This document shows, in pieces, positions 51,891-64,000 of a DNA stretch of 64,000 bases (the first letter of the stretch is position 1; every line of letters starts with the position of its first letter). The DNA is from Mobula hypostoma. Its lineage: Eukaryota. The notes under the pieces were generated by a model. That model searched no databases. It was given only the letters and a program-made list of their open reading frames with translations, and was not told where the DNA came from. Location: assembly GCF_963921235.1 (NCBI RefSeq), contig NC_086097.1:237338001-237402000 (forward strand). The letters run 5' to 3'. A program made the translations under genes and the position numbers.

Positions 51891-54800
51891 TGGCCGAAAG
51901 AGAAGGTTGAAAACCAAGGACTGTGAGCTTCTGAGAAATGACCTGAGAAGGTGATAAACTCTGATGTAAATTCAAATTACTTTGTTATAATTCTCTGATC
52001 TTGTTTAAATGTCTTTAAATAGTCGTGTGCTCAAGAGCAATTTACGCAAGTTGATTTGACGTGCACCAATGACATGGTGGAATTTTGGAAACACCTGAAT
52101 GCCTTCTGCTTTAGTTAATGTAGCAATATGCTGCACTTTTTATAATGATGCCAAGAAATTCTCATTATCAACCTTTCTCGTGACTCAACCTCGGAGTGCA
52201 TTTTGTGCTGTACTTCAATTACGATAAGACTTTCAGATTTTTAATGGACAATATATAAAAGGACTAATTCCATCACTCTTCCTGTGTGCTCTTTGAGGCT
52301 GAACCATCAGCAGATTTTCCATTTGATCTGCTCATTAGATTGCTTTCAGACCATGCACCACTAACACTACCCACCCCCACCTTTTAACATCCGAGAGTCC
52401 GAGGTCAAGTACTAAAGGCCTGGAGGCCACCTGTCAAGGAGTTGGAAACCTGTCTACCTGTGTGGGTGGATAGATGATGTTGTGATAGCCAGTAGTGTTA
52501 TTCTTATGACACTCAGTTAGCCACATGGGAGGAGTTCACATACTCTTCAAACAGATCAATGAAGTTCAGTTGTATATCCTGCATGCTGGCACCTTGGTGT
52601 GCTCTGCACTCTCCCTCAAAATTGAACACAACGGATGGGAGGGGGGCAAGGGGCTTGATTTGCTCTTCCTGCTTGCTTTTTTTCTGTATTGTTGTTGTTG
52701 CTTGTGTTATTCTGCTTAACATAGTGGGAATGCTGTCTAGGCATTGGAAAGCGTGGCAACAGTTGCAGGTTGCCTCCAGAACATCCATGGATATGTTGGC
52801 TGTTGATGCAAATGAACGTTTCACTGTATGTTTCGGTGTATATGTGATAAATAAATTTGACTCTGAATTTGGACATTACCATTCATTGTAAATACCAAAG
52901 TCAAGGTCCAAAGTCCAGGTAAATTTAATATCAAGGTACGTATATGTCACCATATGCTTCCTTGAGATTCTTTTTCTTACAGGCATTCACAGTAGAAAAA
53001 AGAAATACTACATACAAGGAAAGACTGACAAATAACCAATGTGCAAAAGAAGACAACTATACAACTACATAATAAATAAATGAACAAACAAATAAACAAA
53101 TGATTAAATAAATAATACTGAGAACATGAGTTGTAGAGTCCTTGAAAGTAGGTCCATACAACATTGAAATTCTTTTTCTTTCAGGCATTTACAAGAAAAT
53201 AAAGAAATCCAATAAGACTTATGAAAAACTAGACATAAATAAATTCTGACAAACAACAAATGTGCAAAGAAGACAAATTATGCAAGGAAAAATATATATA
53301 AATAAATAATACTGAGAACATGAGTTATAGAGTTCTTGGTAAGTGAGTCCATAGGTTGTGGAGTCGAGAAGAATGAAGTTATCGATGTTTGTTTTGGAGC
53401 CTGAAGGTTGTAGTTTAATAACTATTCCTGAACTCCACAGATACTACTGAAACTCTCTTCCACACACTTGTAAATACTCTCTTTTATTATTCCAAAGCAT
53501 TCCTGGGAATCCCCCATCCTTCCTTTTCCACTTCCGATCATTTTTATCATCCATACCTCTTTGATGTAAACCTGTGCTGCCTGCTAGGGCTGCCAGTAGA
53601 GTTTTAAAATTCTCTTTGTGTCTGCAGTCCACTCAAGCCCTTTAAATGCCCAGTTGTCCTGACCTCCATTACAGCCTCAATTTCATTGCTCCACCATTGG
53701 CAGCTGTGCTTCTGACCTGAGAGCATCCTCACATCAGCCATTATTCCTCGACTCAGTGTGGCATCCTCTCATAATATAAGAAAACTACAGCATCACTATA
53801 TCAGGTCAGCATCACTGCAGGACTTGTATGAGTCCAGGACAAAGAAATGGGCAGGAAAAGTCAATCTGTACACACCCACCCTGCAGATAGCACAAGAAGG
53901 CCATTAAAACAAAATCCTCACACACAATTTTAAAATCCAGGAGGTTAATCTAATCAACTTTTCCAGTTAGCCCCCACCTCTTTCTATGTATTACCCCCAT
54001 CTCTACACTTTAAACTACATTTTATAATGCTGTTTTCTTTGTAAAGATATGCTAGTATTTATTTATGTAAATTTTATTTCATATCCATCTCTTAACCTCT
54101 AACTTCAGCTACTTTTTCATACTTTATAAATATTATATTTAAATGCTATTCTTCATTTTTATTTAATTCTTATCATGCTTTACTCTTTACGACTGTTGAA
54201 TGTTGTTGCTTTTTGTCGCATGTTGTGTCCTGGTCAACACACCTCAATGAATTCCAAATTCATACATATGCCCAATAAAATTGATCCTTGACTCTTTCAC
54301 CATAAGGCCAAAGATTCAGAGATACTTTTACTCAACCTCATCACTTCTGTATCTCCTTTTCCTTCTTTAAAATACCCTTTAAAACTTAATTGACTGTTCC
54401 AAAATCTCCTGAGTTAGCATAATCAAATTATGCTTCCTCACATGCCTGAGAATCAATAGAAATACTTTAATAAATTAAAACCTCCAGAAACTTCAAGTTT
54501 TGATTTTACTCCAGCTGAACTCTGCATACAGAATTCAAATTTGTATAAATATTAATTACTTAGTAAGGACTAGTCATTTCATAACTCAGCAATGAATCTG
54601 ATTGCATTTTAATCATTTATTATCTGAAGCTGAATCGGAAGAAATTCTTTGGAAGTCCAATCACTGTTTCTGACCTGCTGCCAGAATGTCCATAAAAGTG
54701 ATAAGTTATAGCGTTAGAGGATACCACAACCCATACAAATTGTCAATTCATCAGAGCTACAACCAAGATCATCCCAAGTACCGTAAGTACTACGAGTAAA

Positions 54801-55542
54801 TCGGTGGTGCATTCGATTACAGTGGCTTCTACGGGGTTAGTACTGTGTTTTGCACTTTGACCCTGCAGTCATGTTGTTTAGTTTGGCTGCATTCATGAGT
54901 ATTCACGTATGGTTGAATGATAATTAAACTTGAACTATGAACTGTGGGTAATTCAATTAGTTTAATGATTAGATGAGACAAGGTGTGTTCTTGGGGCCCT
55001 CCACAGCCTTGGGGAATCAGAACAGGATAAATTACACACACTTGTCTTGCAACCACAGCTTTTGATCACTTGCCCGCCATCTCTTTGAGTGGTTTGATCT
55101 CAATGTTCATTACATAACATGAGTGGAAGGTGCTTTGGATAGTTGCAATTTATCTGGTGCATTGAATTAATAAATAGAACTGTTTCATAAGAGGGGCTTG
55201 AAACCACCAGCCTAAGAAAAAGTGAAGGGGTTCTGAATTTAACTGCTTGGGTGAAGAACAGTGAGATTTTAAGTACTTAAACTTCTCCTTGAGTAATATC
55301 AACAACAAAAAAACCCCAAAAATAACTATTTATCAGATATTGTTTACGTTACCTCATAAAACAAGATGTTGTGTTGGTCCAAATTGCAAAACTTGTTGGC
55401 TACGCCAGGCTTTCAAAGTCAAAGTAAATTTATTATGTAAGTACATACAGTATATGTCACCACAGACTGCCTTGAGATTCATTTACAGGAAAAAAAGAAA
55501 TACAATAGAATTCAATAAACAAAGGCTGACAAAAATAACGCA

Positions 55543-56108
55543 CACTCAGTATCCACTTTATTAAATACACTTGCACACCTAGTTATAATGCAACTATCTA
55601 ATCAGACAATTGTAGGGCAGCAACTCAAAGCATAAAAGCATGCCGACATGGTCAAGAGATTCAGTTGTTGTTCAGACCAAACATCAGAATGGGGAAGAAA
55701 TGTGACTGAGGTGAATTTGACTAAGGAATAATTGTTGGTGCCGGACTGGGTGGTTTGAGTATCTCAGAAACTGCTGATCTGGGATTTTCATGCACAACAG
55801 TCTCTCGAGTTTATAGAGAACAGTGCAAAAAACAAGAAACATCCAGTGAGTGGAAGTTCTGTGGATGAAGATGCCTTGTTTATGAGCAAGGTCGGAGGAC
55901 AATGGCCAAAATGGTTCAGGCTGACCGGAAAGCGGCAGAACTTAAATAAACCACATGATACAACAATGGTGCGTTGAAGAGCATTTCTAAATGCACAATA
56001 TGTTTAACCTTGAAGTGGTTGGACTACAACAGCAGAAGACCATGAACATACACTCACTGGCCACTTTATTAGGTACAGGAGGTGCCTAACAAAGCAGGCG
56101 ACTGAGTG
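55543..56108 (+). mobile_element. Non-autonomous Tc1-like element (same family as 34432-35960) ending in a mini-MITE (56051-56108)
   Basis: TIR-like cactcagtatccactttattaaatac; remnant MGKKCD...GLSISETADLGFSCTTVSRVYRE. Confidence 0.7.
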
Positions 56109-57001
56109 CATGTTGCATCTTATAACTGATGACACCATAAGTTGTACTAACTACAAACATCAGCAGAAGATGTTTTGCTTTGACAAAGCTATGTTTTTGT
56201 TGAAAATCTTCCAAGATAATTAAAATTCAGTCTAAGACTGCAACTGGGAATTACTTGTTTAAAACGACATATTTACCGACTGTTCTGAATAAATAACAAC
56301 CCCAACTTAATTTTTGGGGCCATACAGCAAGCTGAAAACAGACAAGTACTTACAACATTAATAAACCAACTTTTATCAAATTTAATCATCAGGTAGTATT
56401 AGAATTGGTATTGGTTTATTATTGTCACCTGTACCAAGAAACAATGAAAAGCTTGTCTTGCATACTGTTATAACCATATAACCATATAACAATTACAGCA
56501 CGGAAGCAGGCCATCTCAGCCCTTCTAGTCCATGCCGAACTCTTACCCTCACCTAGTCCCACCGACCTGCACTTGGCCCATAACTCTCTATTCCTTTCCT
56601 GTCCATATATCTATCCAATTTAACTTTAAACGACAACATCGAACCTGCCTCAACCACTTCTGCTGGAAGCTCGTTCCACACAGCTACCACTCTCTGAGTA
56701 AAGAAGTTCCCCCTCATGTTACCCCTAAACTTTTGCCCTTTAACTCTCAACTCATGTCCTCTTGTTTGAATCTCCCCCATTCTCAATGGAAAAAGCCTAT
56801 CCACGTCAACTCTATCAATCCCTCTCATAATTTTAAACACCTCTAGCAAGTCCCCCCTCAACCTTCTACGCTCCAAAGAATAAAGACCTAACTTGTTCAA
56901 CCTTAACAACAGGAATTCTGCAGATGCTGGAAATTCAAGCAACATACATCAAAGTTGCTGGTGAACGCAGCAGGCCAGGCAGCATCTATAGGAAGAGGCG
57001 C

Positions 57002-57037
57002 AGTCGACGTTTCAGGCCGAGACCCTTCGTCAGGACT
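57002..57037 (-). ncRNA. Minimal type I hammerhead motif, intact core, sense to CSMD3
   Basis: Minus strand: AGTC CTGACGA AGG GTCTCGG CCT GAAAC GTC GACT. Confidence 0.75.
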
Positions 57038-57916
57038 AACTGAAGGAAGAGTGAGTAAGGGATTTGAAAGCTGAAGGGGGAGGGGGAGATGCAAAATGAT
57101 AGGAGAAGACAGGAGGGGGAGGGATAGAGCCGAGAGCTGGACAGGTGATAGGCAGAGGGGGATACGAGAGGATCATGGGACAGGAGGTCCGGGAAGAAAG
57201 ACGGGGGGGGGTGACCCAGAGGATGGGCAAGAGGTATATTCAGAGGGACAGAGGGAGAAAAAGGAGAGTGAGAGAAAGAATGTGTGCATTAGAAAGAGTA
57301 ACAGATGGGGTACGAGGGGGAGGATGGGGTGATATACTGCGTCCGGTGCTCCCGATGTGGCCTTTTATATATTGGTGAGACCCGACGCAGACTGGGAGAC
57401 CGCTTTGCTGAACATCTACGCTCTGTCCGCCAGAGAAAGCAGGATCTCCCAGTGGCCACACATTTTAATTCCACATCCCATTCCCATTCTGACATGTCTA
57501 TCCACGGCCTCCTCTACTGTAAAGATGAAGCCACACTCAGGTTGGAGGAACAACACCTTATATTCCGTCTGGGTAGCCTCCAACCTGATGGCATGAACAT
57601 TGACTTCTCTAACTTCCGCTAGGCCCCACCTCCCCCTCGTACCCCATCTGTTACTCTTTTTAATGCACACATTCTTTCTCTCACTCTCCTTTTTCTCCCT
57701 CTGTCCCTCTGAATATACCTCTTGCCCATCCTCTGGGTCACCCCCCCCCCCGTCTTCCTTCCCGGACCTCCTGTCCCATGATCCTCTCGTATCCCCTTCT
57801 GCCTATCACCTGTCCAGCTCTCGGCTCTATCCCTCCCCCTCCTGTCTTCTCCTATCATTTTGCATCTCCCCCTCCCCCTCCAGCTTTCAAATCCCTTACT
57901 CACTCTTCCTTCAGTT

Positions 57917-57952
57917 AGTCCTGACGAAGGGTCTCGGCCTGAAACGTCGATT
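57917..57952 (+). ncRNA. Minimal type I hammerhead motif, intact core (G-U in stem I)
   Basis: AGTC CTGACGA AGG GTCTCGG CCT GAAAC GTC GATT. Confidence 0.7.
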
Positions 57953-59115
57953 GCGCCTCTTCCTATAGATGCTGCCTGGCCTGCTGCGTTCACCAGCAAC
58001 TTTGATGTATGTTGCTTGTTCAACCTTCCTCTGTAACTTAGGTGATGAAACCCAGGCAACATTTTAGTAAATCTCCTCTGTACTCTCTCAATTTTATTGA
58101 CATCTTTCCTATAATTCTGTGACCAGAACCGTACACAATACTCCAAATTTGGCCTTACCAATTCCTTATACAATTTCAACATTACGTCCCAACTCTTATA
58201 CTCAATGCTCTGATTAATAAAGGCCAGCATACCGAAAGCTTTCTTCACCACCCTATCCACATGAGATTCCACCTTCAGGGAACTATGCACCATTATTCCT
58301 AGATCCCTCTGTTCTACAGCATTCTTCAATGCCCTATTCTTCAATGTTCTTGCAGATCAAATCATTACTCAGTGTATTGAGGTAGAACCAGGCAAAACAA
58401 TAGCAATGCAGAATAAAATATGAAAACTACAGAGAAAGCACAGCTCAGGTAAACAACAAGTTTCAAGATCATAATGCGGTAGATTATGAGGTCAAAAGTT
58501 TATTTTGTCGTACTTGGGAACAATTTAATAGTCTTATTACAACAGGGTAGAAGACAAATTTGAACCAGGTGTAACCTACTTTCAGGCTTTTGTATCTTCT
58601 GCCCAATGGAAGAGGGGAGAAAAATGTCTGGGGTGTGGGAAGGTATTTGATTATGGAATTGACTACTTAAATTTTAACTTATTAGGGGGTTAATTTAATG
58701 TCTCCGTCTTTATGTCACTTGGGATTTCTCTTAACTTTCTCCATTTATTTCAGCATTAAAGGTGCAATTCACTGTGAAATTGCTACTTGGACGAAAGATT
58801 TTATCTACACTAATTTTACACAAGGTCAGGTAACATTTAAGGGATGTTCAACTCCTTAAATAATATTTAGAAAACATTTCTTTATTTTTAATGGTTTTGC
58901 AGAGAGCGCCATTAGCTGTAGATTGTATTGATCACATTGTGAGATGCTCCCATAGAGTGTGAAATTATCTTGAATTTATTATAGGGCACTTGAGTACTTA
59001 AAAAAAAGTGAAATTAATTGCATTTTTACTGGAACAGCAGCATTTTTAAGATTTCAAAGAAAAAAATACCGTTTCTAAATTGAATGAACAAATTGAAAAT
59101 AGAGATAGAAAGAGG

Positions 59116-59600
59116 GAACAAGAGAAAATCTGCCGGTGCTGGAAATCTACGCAACACACACAAAATGCTGGAGAAACTCAGCAGGTCAAGCAGCATTTAC
59201 AGAAGAGAATATTGTTAACGTTTTGGGCCGTAAAAATAAACTGAGGAGTAGATGTAAAAGGAAGGGAGAGGGAAGATAGAGACACAAGATGATAGGTGAA
59301 AACTGAAGGGGGAGGGATGAAGTAACGAGTTTGAGAGTTAAGGCCATGGAAGAAAGAAAAGGTGGGGGGAGCACCAAAAGAAGGTGACGGGTGGGCAAGG
59401 AGATAAGGTGAGAGAGGGAAAAGGGGATAGGAAATGATGAAGGAGAGGGGGTTTGGCGGGCATTACCGGAAGTTCGAGAAATCGATGTTCTTGCCATCAG
59501 GCTGGAGGTTAACCAAATGGAATATGAGCTACTGTACCTCCAACCTAAATGTGCTCTTATCACAACAGTGGGGGAGGCCATGGATAGACATATCAGGATG
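59116..59600 (-). mobile_element. Old PLE 3' fragment that resumes at about 62440-62532 after a CR1 insertion
   Basis: ...ccatggatagacatatcaggatg | gtaatgggaagtggaattaaaa... follows the PLE sequence order seen at 47315-47360. Confidence 0.75.
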
Positions 59601-59604
59601 AAAG

Positions 59605-62438
59605 ATAGAAACATAGAAAACATACAGCACGATACAGGCCCTTCGGCCCACAAAGTTGTGCCGAACATGTCCCTATCTTAGAACTACCTAGGCTTTACCC
59701 ATAACCTTCTATTTTAGCCATCCAGGAGTCTCTTAAAAGACCCTATCATTTTCGCCTCCACCACCACTGCCGGCAGCCCATTCCATGCACTCACCACTCT
59801 CTGTGTAAAAAACTTATCCCTGACATCTCCTCTGTACCTACTTCCAAGCACATTAAAAATATGCGCTCACGTGCTAGCCAATTGAGTCCTGCGGAAAAGC
59901 CTCTGACTATCCACGTGATCAATGCCTCTCATTATCTTGTACACCTCTATCAGGTCACCTCTCATCCTCTGTCGCTCCAAGGAGAAAAGGCCGAGTTTAC
60001 TCAACCTATTCGCATAAGGCATGCTCCCCAATCCAGGCAACATCCTTGTAAATCTGCTCTCCACCCTTTCTATGGTTTCTACATCCTTCCTATAGTGAGA
60101 CGACTAGAATTGAGCACAGTACTCCAAATGGGGTCTGACCAGGGTCCTATATAGCTGCAACATTACCTCTCAGCTCTTAAACTCAATCCCACAATTGATG
60201 AAGGCCAATGCACCGTATGCCTTCTTAACCACAGTCAACCTGCGTAGAAGCTTTGAGTGTGCTATGGACTCAGACCCCAAGATCCCTCTGGAAACAGATT
60301 ATTATCTGAATGGTGGCCGATTAGGAAAAGGAGAGGTGCAACGAGACCTGGGTGTCATTATACACCAGTCATTGAAAGTGGGCATGCAGGTACAGCAGGC
60401 GGTGAAAAAGGCGAAGGGTATGCTGGCATTTATAGCGAGAGGATTCGAGTACAGGAGCAGGGAGGTACTACTGCAGTTGTACAAGGCCTTGGTGAGACCA
60501 CACCTGGAGTATTGTGTGCAGTTTTGGTCCCCTAATCTGAGGAAAGACATCTTTGCCATAGAGGGAGTACAAAGAAGGTTCACTAGATTGATTCCTGGAC
60601 TTTCATATGAAGAAAAACTGGATGAACTGGGCTTGTACTCGTTGGAATTTAGAAGATTGAGGGGGGATCTGATTGAAACGTATAAGATCCTAAAGGGATT
60701 GGACAGGCTAGATGCAGGAAGATTGTTCCCGATGTTGGGGAAGTCCAGAACGAGGGGTCACAGTTTGAGGATAGAGGGGAAGCCTTTTAGGACCGAGATT
60801 AGGAAAAACTTCTTCACACAGAGAGTGGTGAATCTGTGGAATTCTCTGCCACAGCAAACTGTTGAGGCCAGTTCATTGGCTATGTTTAAGAGGGAGTTAG
60901 ATATGGCCCTTGTGGCTACAGGGGTCAGGGGGTATGGAGGGAAGGCTGGGGCGGGGTTCTGAGTTGGATGATCAGCCTGATCATAATAAATGGCGGTGCA
61001 GGCTCGAAGGGCTGAATGGCCTACTCCTGCACCTATTTTCTATGTTTCTATGTTTCTATATTCTGCCATCATATCTGACCTACCAAAATGAACCACCTCA
61101 CACTTATCTGGGTTGAACTCCATCTGCCACTTCTCAGCCCAGTTTTGCATCCTATCAATGTCCCGTTGTAACCTCTGACAGCCCTCCACATTATCCACAA
61201 CAAACCCAACCTTTGTGTCATCAGCAAATTTACTAACCCATCCCTCCACTTCCTCATCCAGGTCATTTATAAAAATCACAAAGAGAAGGGGTCCCAGAAC
61301 AGATCCCTGAGGCACACTACTGGTCACCGACCTCCATGCAGAATATGACCCATCTACAGCCACTCTTTGCCTTCTGTGGGCAAGCCAGTTCTGGATCCAC
61401 AAAGCAATGTCCCCTTTGATCACATACCTCCTTACTTTCTCAATAAGCCTTGCATGGGGTACCTTATCAAAGGCCTTACTAAAATCCATATACACTACAT
61501 TTACAGCTCTAACTTCATTAATGTGCTTAGTCACATCCTCAAAAAATTCAATTGGGCTCGTAAGGCATGACCTGCCTTTGACAAAACCATGCTGACTACT
61601 CCTAATCATATTATGCCTCTCCAAATGTTCATAAATCCTGCTTCTCAAGATCTTCTCCATCAACTTATCAACCACTGAAGTAAGATTCACTGGCCTATAA
61701 TTGCTTGGGATACCTCTACTCCCTTTCATGAATAAGGGAACTACATCTGCAACCCTCCAATCCCCCGGAACCTCTCCCATCCTCATTGATGAGGCAAAGA
61801 TCATTGCCAGAGGCTCAGCAATCTCCTCCCTCACTTTCCACAGTAGCCTGGGGTACATCCCGTCCGGTCCCAGTGACTTATCCAACTTGATGCTTTCCAA
61901 AATCTCCAGCACATCCTCTTTCTTAATATCCACATTCTCAAGGTTTTCAGTCCACTGCAAGTCATCCCTCCAATCGCCAAGATCCTTTCCCGTAGTGAAT
62001 ACTGTATCAAAGTATTCATTAAGTACCTCTGCTATTTCCTCTGGTTCCATACATACTTTTCCATTGTCACACTTGATTGGTCCTATTCTCTCACATCTTA
62101 TCTTCTTACTCTTCACATACTCATAGAATGCCTAGAATTTCCTTAATCCTATCCGCCAAGGCCTTCTCATGGCCCCTTCTGGTTCTCCTAATTTCATTCT
62201 TAAGCTCCTTCCTGCAAGCCTTATAATCTTCTAGATCTCTATCATTACCTAGTTTTTTGAACCTTTTGTAAGCTCTTCTTTTCTTCTTGACTAGATTCAC
62301 AACAGTCTTTGTGCACCATGGATCTTGTACCATACCATCCTTTCCATGTCTCATTGGAACATACCTACTCAGAACCCCACGGAAATATCCCCTGAATATT
62401 TGCCACATTTCTTCGGTACGTTTCCGTGAGAACATCTG
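59605..62438 (-). mobile_element. Long CR1 LINE (RT domain to 3' UTR), interrupted at 60291-61038
   Basis: 358-aa ORF 61040-62116 with NYRPVNLTS, QHGFVKGRSCLT, YMDFSKAFDKVPH, VPQGSVLGPLLF and FADD motifs. Confidence 0.95.
60291..61038 (+). mobile_element. Young CR1 3' fragment nested antisense in another CR1
   Basis: Uninterrupted ORF2 C-terminus to the stop at 60962; (TTCTATGT)n tail. Confidence 0.92.
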
Positions 62439-62989
62439 GTAATGGGAAGTGGAATTAAAATAGATGGGATTGGAATATCCCACTTTTTCTGGTGGATGGA
62501 GCATAGGTTCTAGGCAATGAAGTCTCCCAATCTCTCCTTCTCTCTCTCAGTCTTAATCTCCCCTCTTTCTTACTATAGTTATTCTCTCTTCCTCTCTCCC
62601 TCCCTATCTACCTATCTATCTATCTATCTTTCTCTGCTCCTATCAACATCCTGCCTTTAATAATGCAGAGCAGATAGACAGAGTTAGAACATAGAGCAGT
62701 ACAGGACAGATATAGGTCTTTAGTCCCACCATGTTGTGTTGAACTAATTAAGCAAATGACACCAATTGACCTAATCCCTTCTGACTGCTCCTTTCCCAAC
62801 ACATATTCATTAAGGCCCATACATTTTTTTTCTCTTTTACTGCTCTCTTTTTTTTTTTGTTTGTAGCAATGAGAAAAGGACATATCCTGGGTGATCGGGG
62901 TTCTTAATGATGTCTGCCTTCTTTTTGAGACATCGCATTTTTTGTTCCGAGGAGAGAACATCACCAGTAGTTTGTCCTGGTCCAATCAT

Positions 62990-63538
62990 GAAAGCTCACT
63001 AATGTCTGTACTTCCTCAGGAAGCTAAAGAAACCTGGCATGTCCCCGTCGACCCTTACCAATTTTCTTTGATGTGCCACGGAAAGCATTCTGTCTGGATG
63101 CATGATGGCGACTGCTCTGCATATGACTGAAAGAAATTGCAGAGAATTATGGATATAGCTCAGTCCCTCGCAGAAACCGATCTCCCTCTATGGACTCTGC
63201 CAATCCTTCTCGCTGCCTTTGAAGAGCAAAAGTCCCCACTGGCCCTGGACGTTCTCTCATGCCTCCTCTCTCATCAGGCAGCAAATACCAGATCCTGCAA
63301 ACACTTGCCTTCAGGCTCAAGAACAGTTTCTATCCCACTGTTATCAGACTCTTGAATGGACCTTTCGTATGATAAGATGGACTCTTGATCTCACAATCTA
63401 CTTCGTTATAATCTTGTACTGTATTGTTTATTTGCACTGCACTTTCTCCGTAGCTTTTACATTTCATTTGACATTATTATTGTTTTACCTTGTTCTAGCT
63501 CAGTGCACTGCACAATGATTTGAACAGAATACAAGATA
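62990..63538 (+). mobile_element. Degraded Rex1/Babar-like 3' fragment
   Basis: LYFLRKLK..GMSP.TLTNF and aggctcaagaacagtttctatccc motifs. Confidence 0.6.
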
Positions 63539-63549
63539 AGCTTTCCACT

Positions 63550-63733
63550 CACAAGAGAAAGTCTGCAGATGCTGGAAATCCAAGCAATACACACAAAATG
63601 CTGGAGGAAACCAGCAGACCAGGCAGCATCTATGGAAAAGAGTAAACAGTTGGCGCTTCAGGCAGAAATCCCTCATCAGGATAGTCAGATGCTGGGCCTG
63701 GCCTGCTGAGTTCCTCCAGCATTCTGTGTGTGT
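63550..63733. mobile_element. Old PLE fold-back insertion with an approximately 11-bp TSD (AGCTTT[C/T]CACT at 63539-63549 and 63734-63744)
   Basis: Minus arm with tail (acaagagaaagtctgcagatgctgg), then a plus arm ending tgtgtgtgt|agctt. Confidence 0.7.
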
Positions 63734-64000
63734 AGCTTTTCACTGTATATAGGTATATGTGACAGTAATAAATCAATACCAATACCAAAGTCTGTTCCTC
63801 AAGTTGCTTTAAAACAGTAAAATTTGTTTATCTTCTTTTACTTGGTTTGATGTTGAGGAGGTCATTAATAATTTATTTCAACAGCAGCTAAAGAGACCTC
63901 TGAGATGAAACCATGTTACCAGCTTGAGCCAGGGCCCTATCTACTGTTAAGTTTCCCTATCAGTCCACTCTCAGTAGCTAACTGCCACTCCCATCCAAAA

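Larger units (their letters stand above)
56905..58014. mobile_element. Largest PLE fold-back insertion, with a 13-bp TSD (CTTGTTCAACCTT at 56892-56904 and 58015-58027)
   Basis: Minus arm 56905-about 57322 has the tail. Plus arm about 57325-58014 carries an open GIY-YIG segment (VIYCVRCSRCGLLYIGETRRRLGDRFAEH) and ends at GTTG|CTTG. Confidence 0.92.
56470..58335 (-). mobile_element. CR1 LINE 3' portion split by a PLE fold-back insertion
   Basis: Reading frame ..HLSYRGRLNK | LGLYSLERRRLRGDL.. rejoins once the insert and one TSD copy are removed. Confidence 0.9.

Noticed and set aside
57619..58344. 241-aa ORF as a chimeric protein
   Set aside because: CR1 ORF2 reading through into an antisense PLE insert; no sign of an independent gene.
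48967..64000. Upstream CSMD3 CUB exon
   Set aside because: No matching peptide found by eye; it probably lies beyond the window, although a short exon could have been missed.

Overview
Vertebrate genomic DNA, most likely a cartilaginous fish such as a ray or shark (inferred from the repeat families). The window lies entirely inside a CSMD3-like gene on the minus strand. Five coding exons (48775-48966, 34103-34229, 29037-29239, 11624-11815 and a truncated 1-33) have GT-AG boundaries and compatible phases, and together encode Sushi-CUB-Sushi-start of CUB. The introns are filled with nested transposable elements: CR1, Rex1/Babar-like, RTE, L1 and Tx1 LINE fragments, tRNA-derived SINEs, Tc1/Tigger-type DNA elements, putative solo LTRs and Penelope-like elements (PLEs). 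The PLEs are the most striking signal. Their 3' ends carry a minimal type I hammerhead ribozyme motif (AGTC-CTGACGA-stem II-GAAAC-GTC-GACT), seen about 13 times, several with an intact core. At least seven separate insertions share one fold-back architecture: one arm keeps the full 3' tail, an inverted arm always stops at GTTGC(TT) at the base of a small hairpin, and an 11-14 bp target-site duplication (TSD) flanks the insert. Hammerheads and inverted ends are known for PLEs in general. The fixed internal end point with microhomology, and the ribozyme-masking double-stranded RNA these inserts would form in CSMD3 pre-mRNA, are the observations most worth testing. Most ORFs in the supplied track are repeat fragments or spurious.
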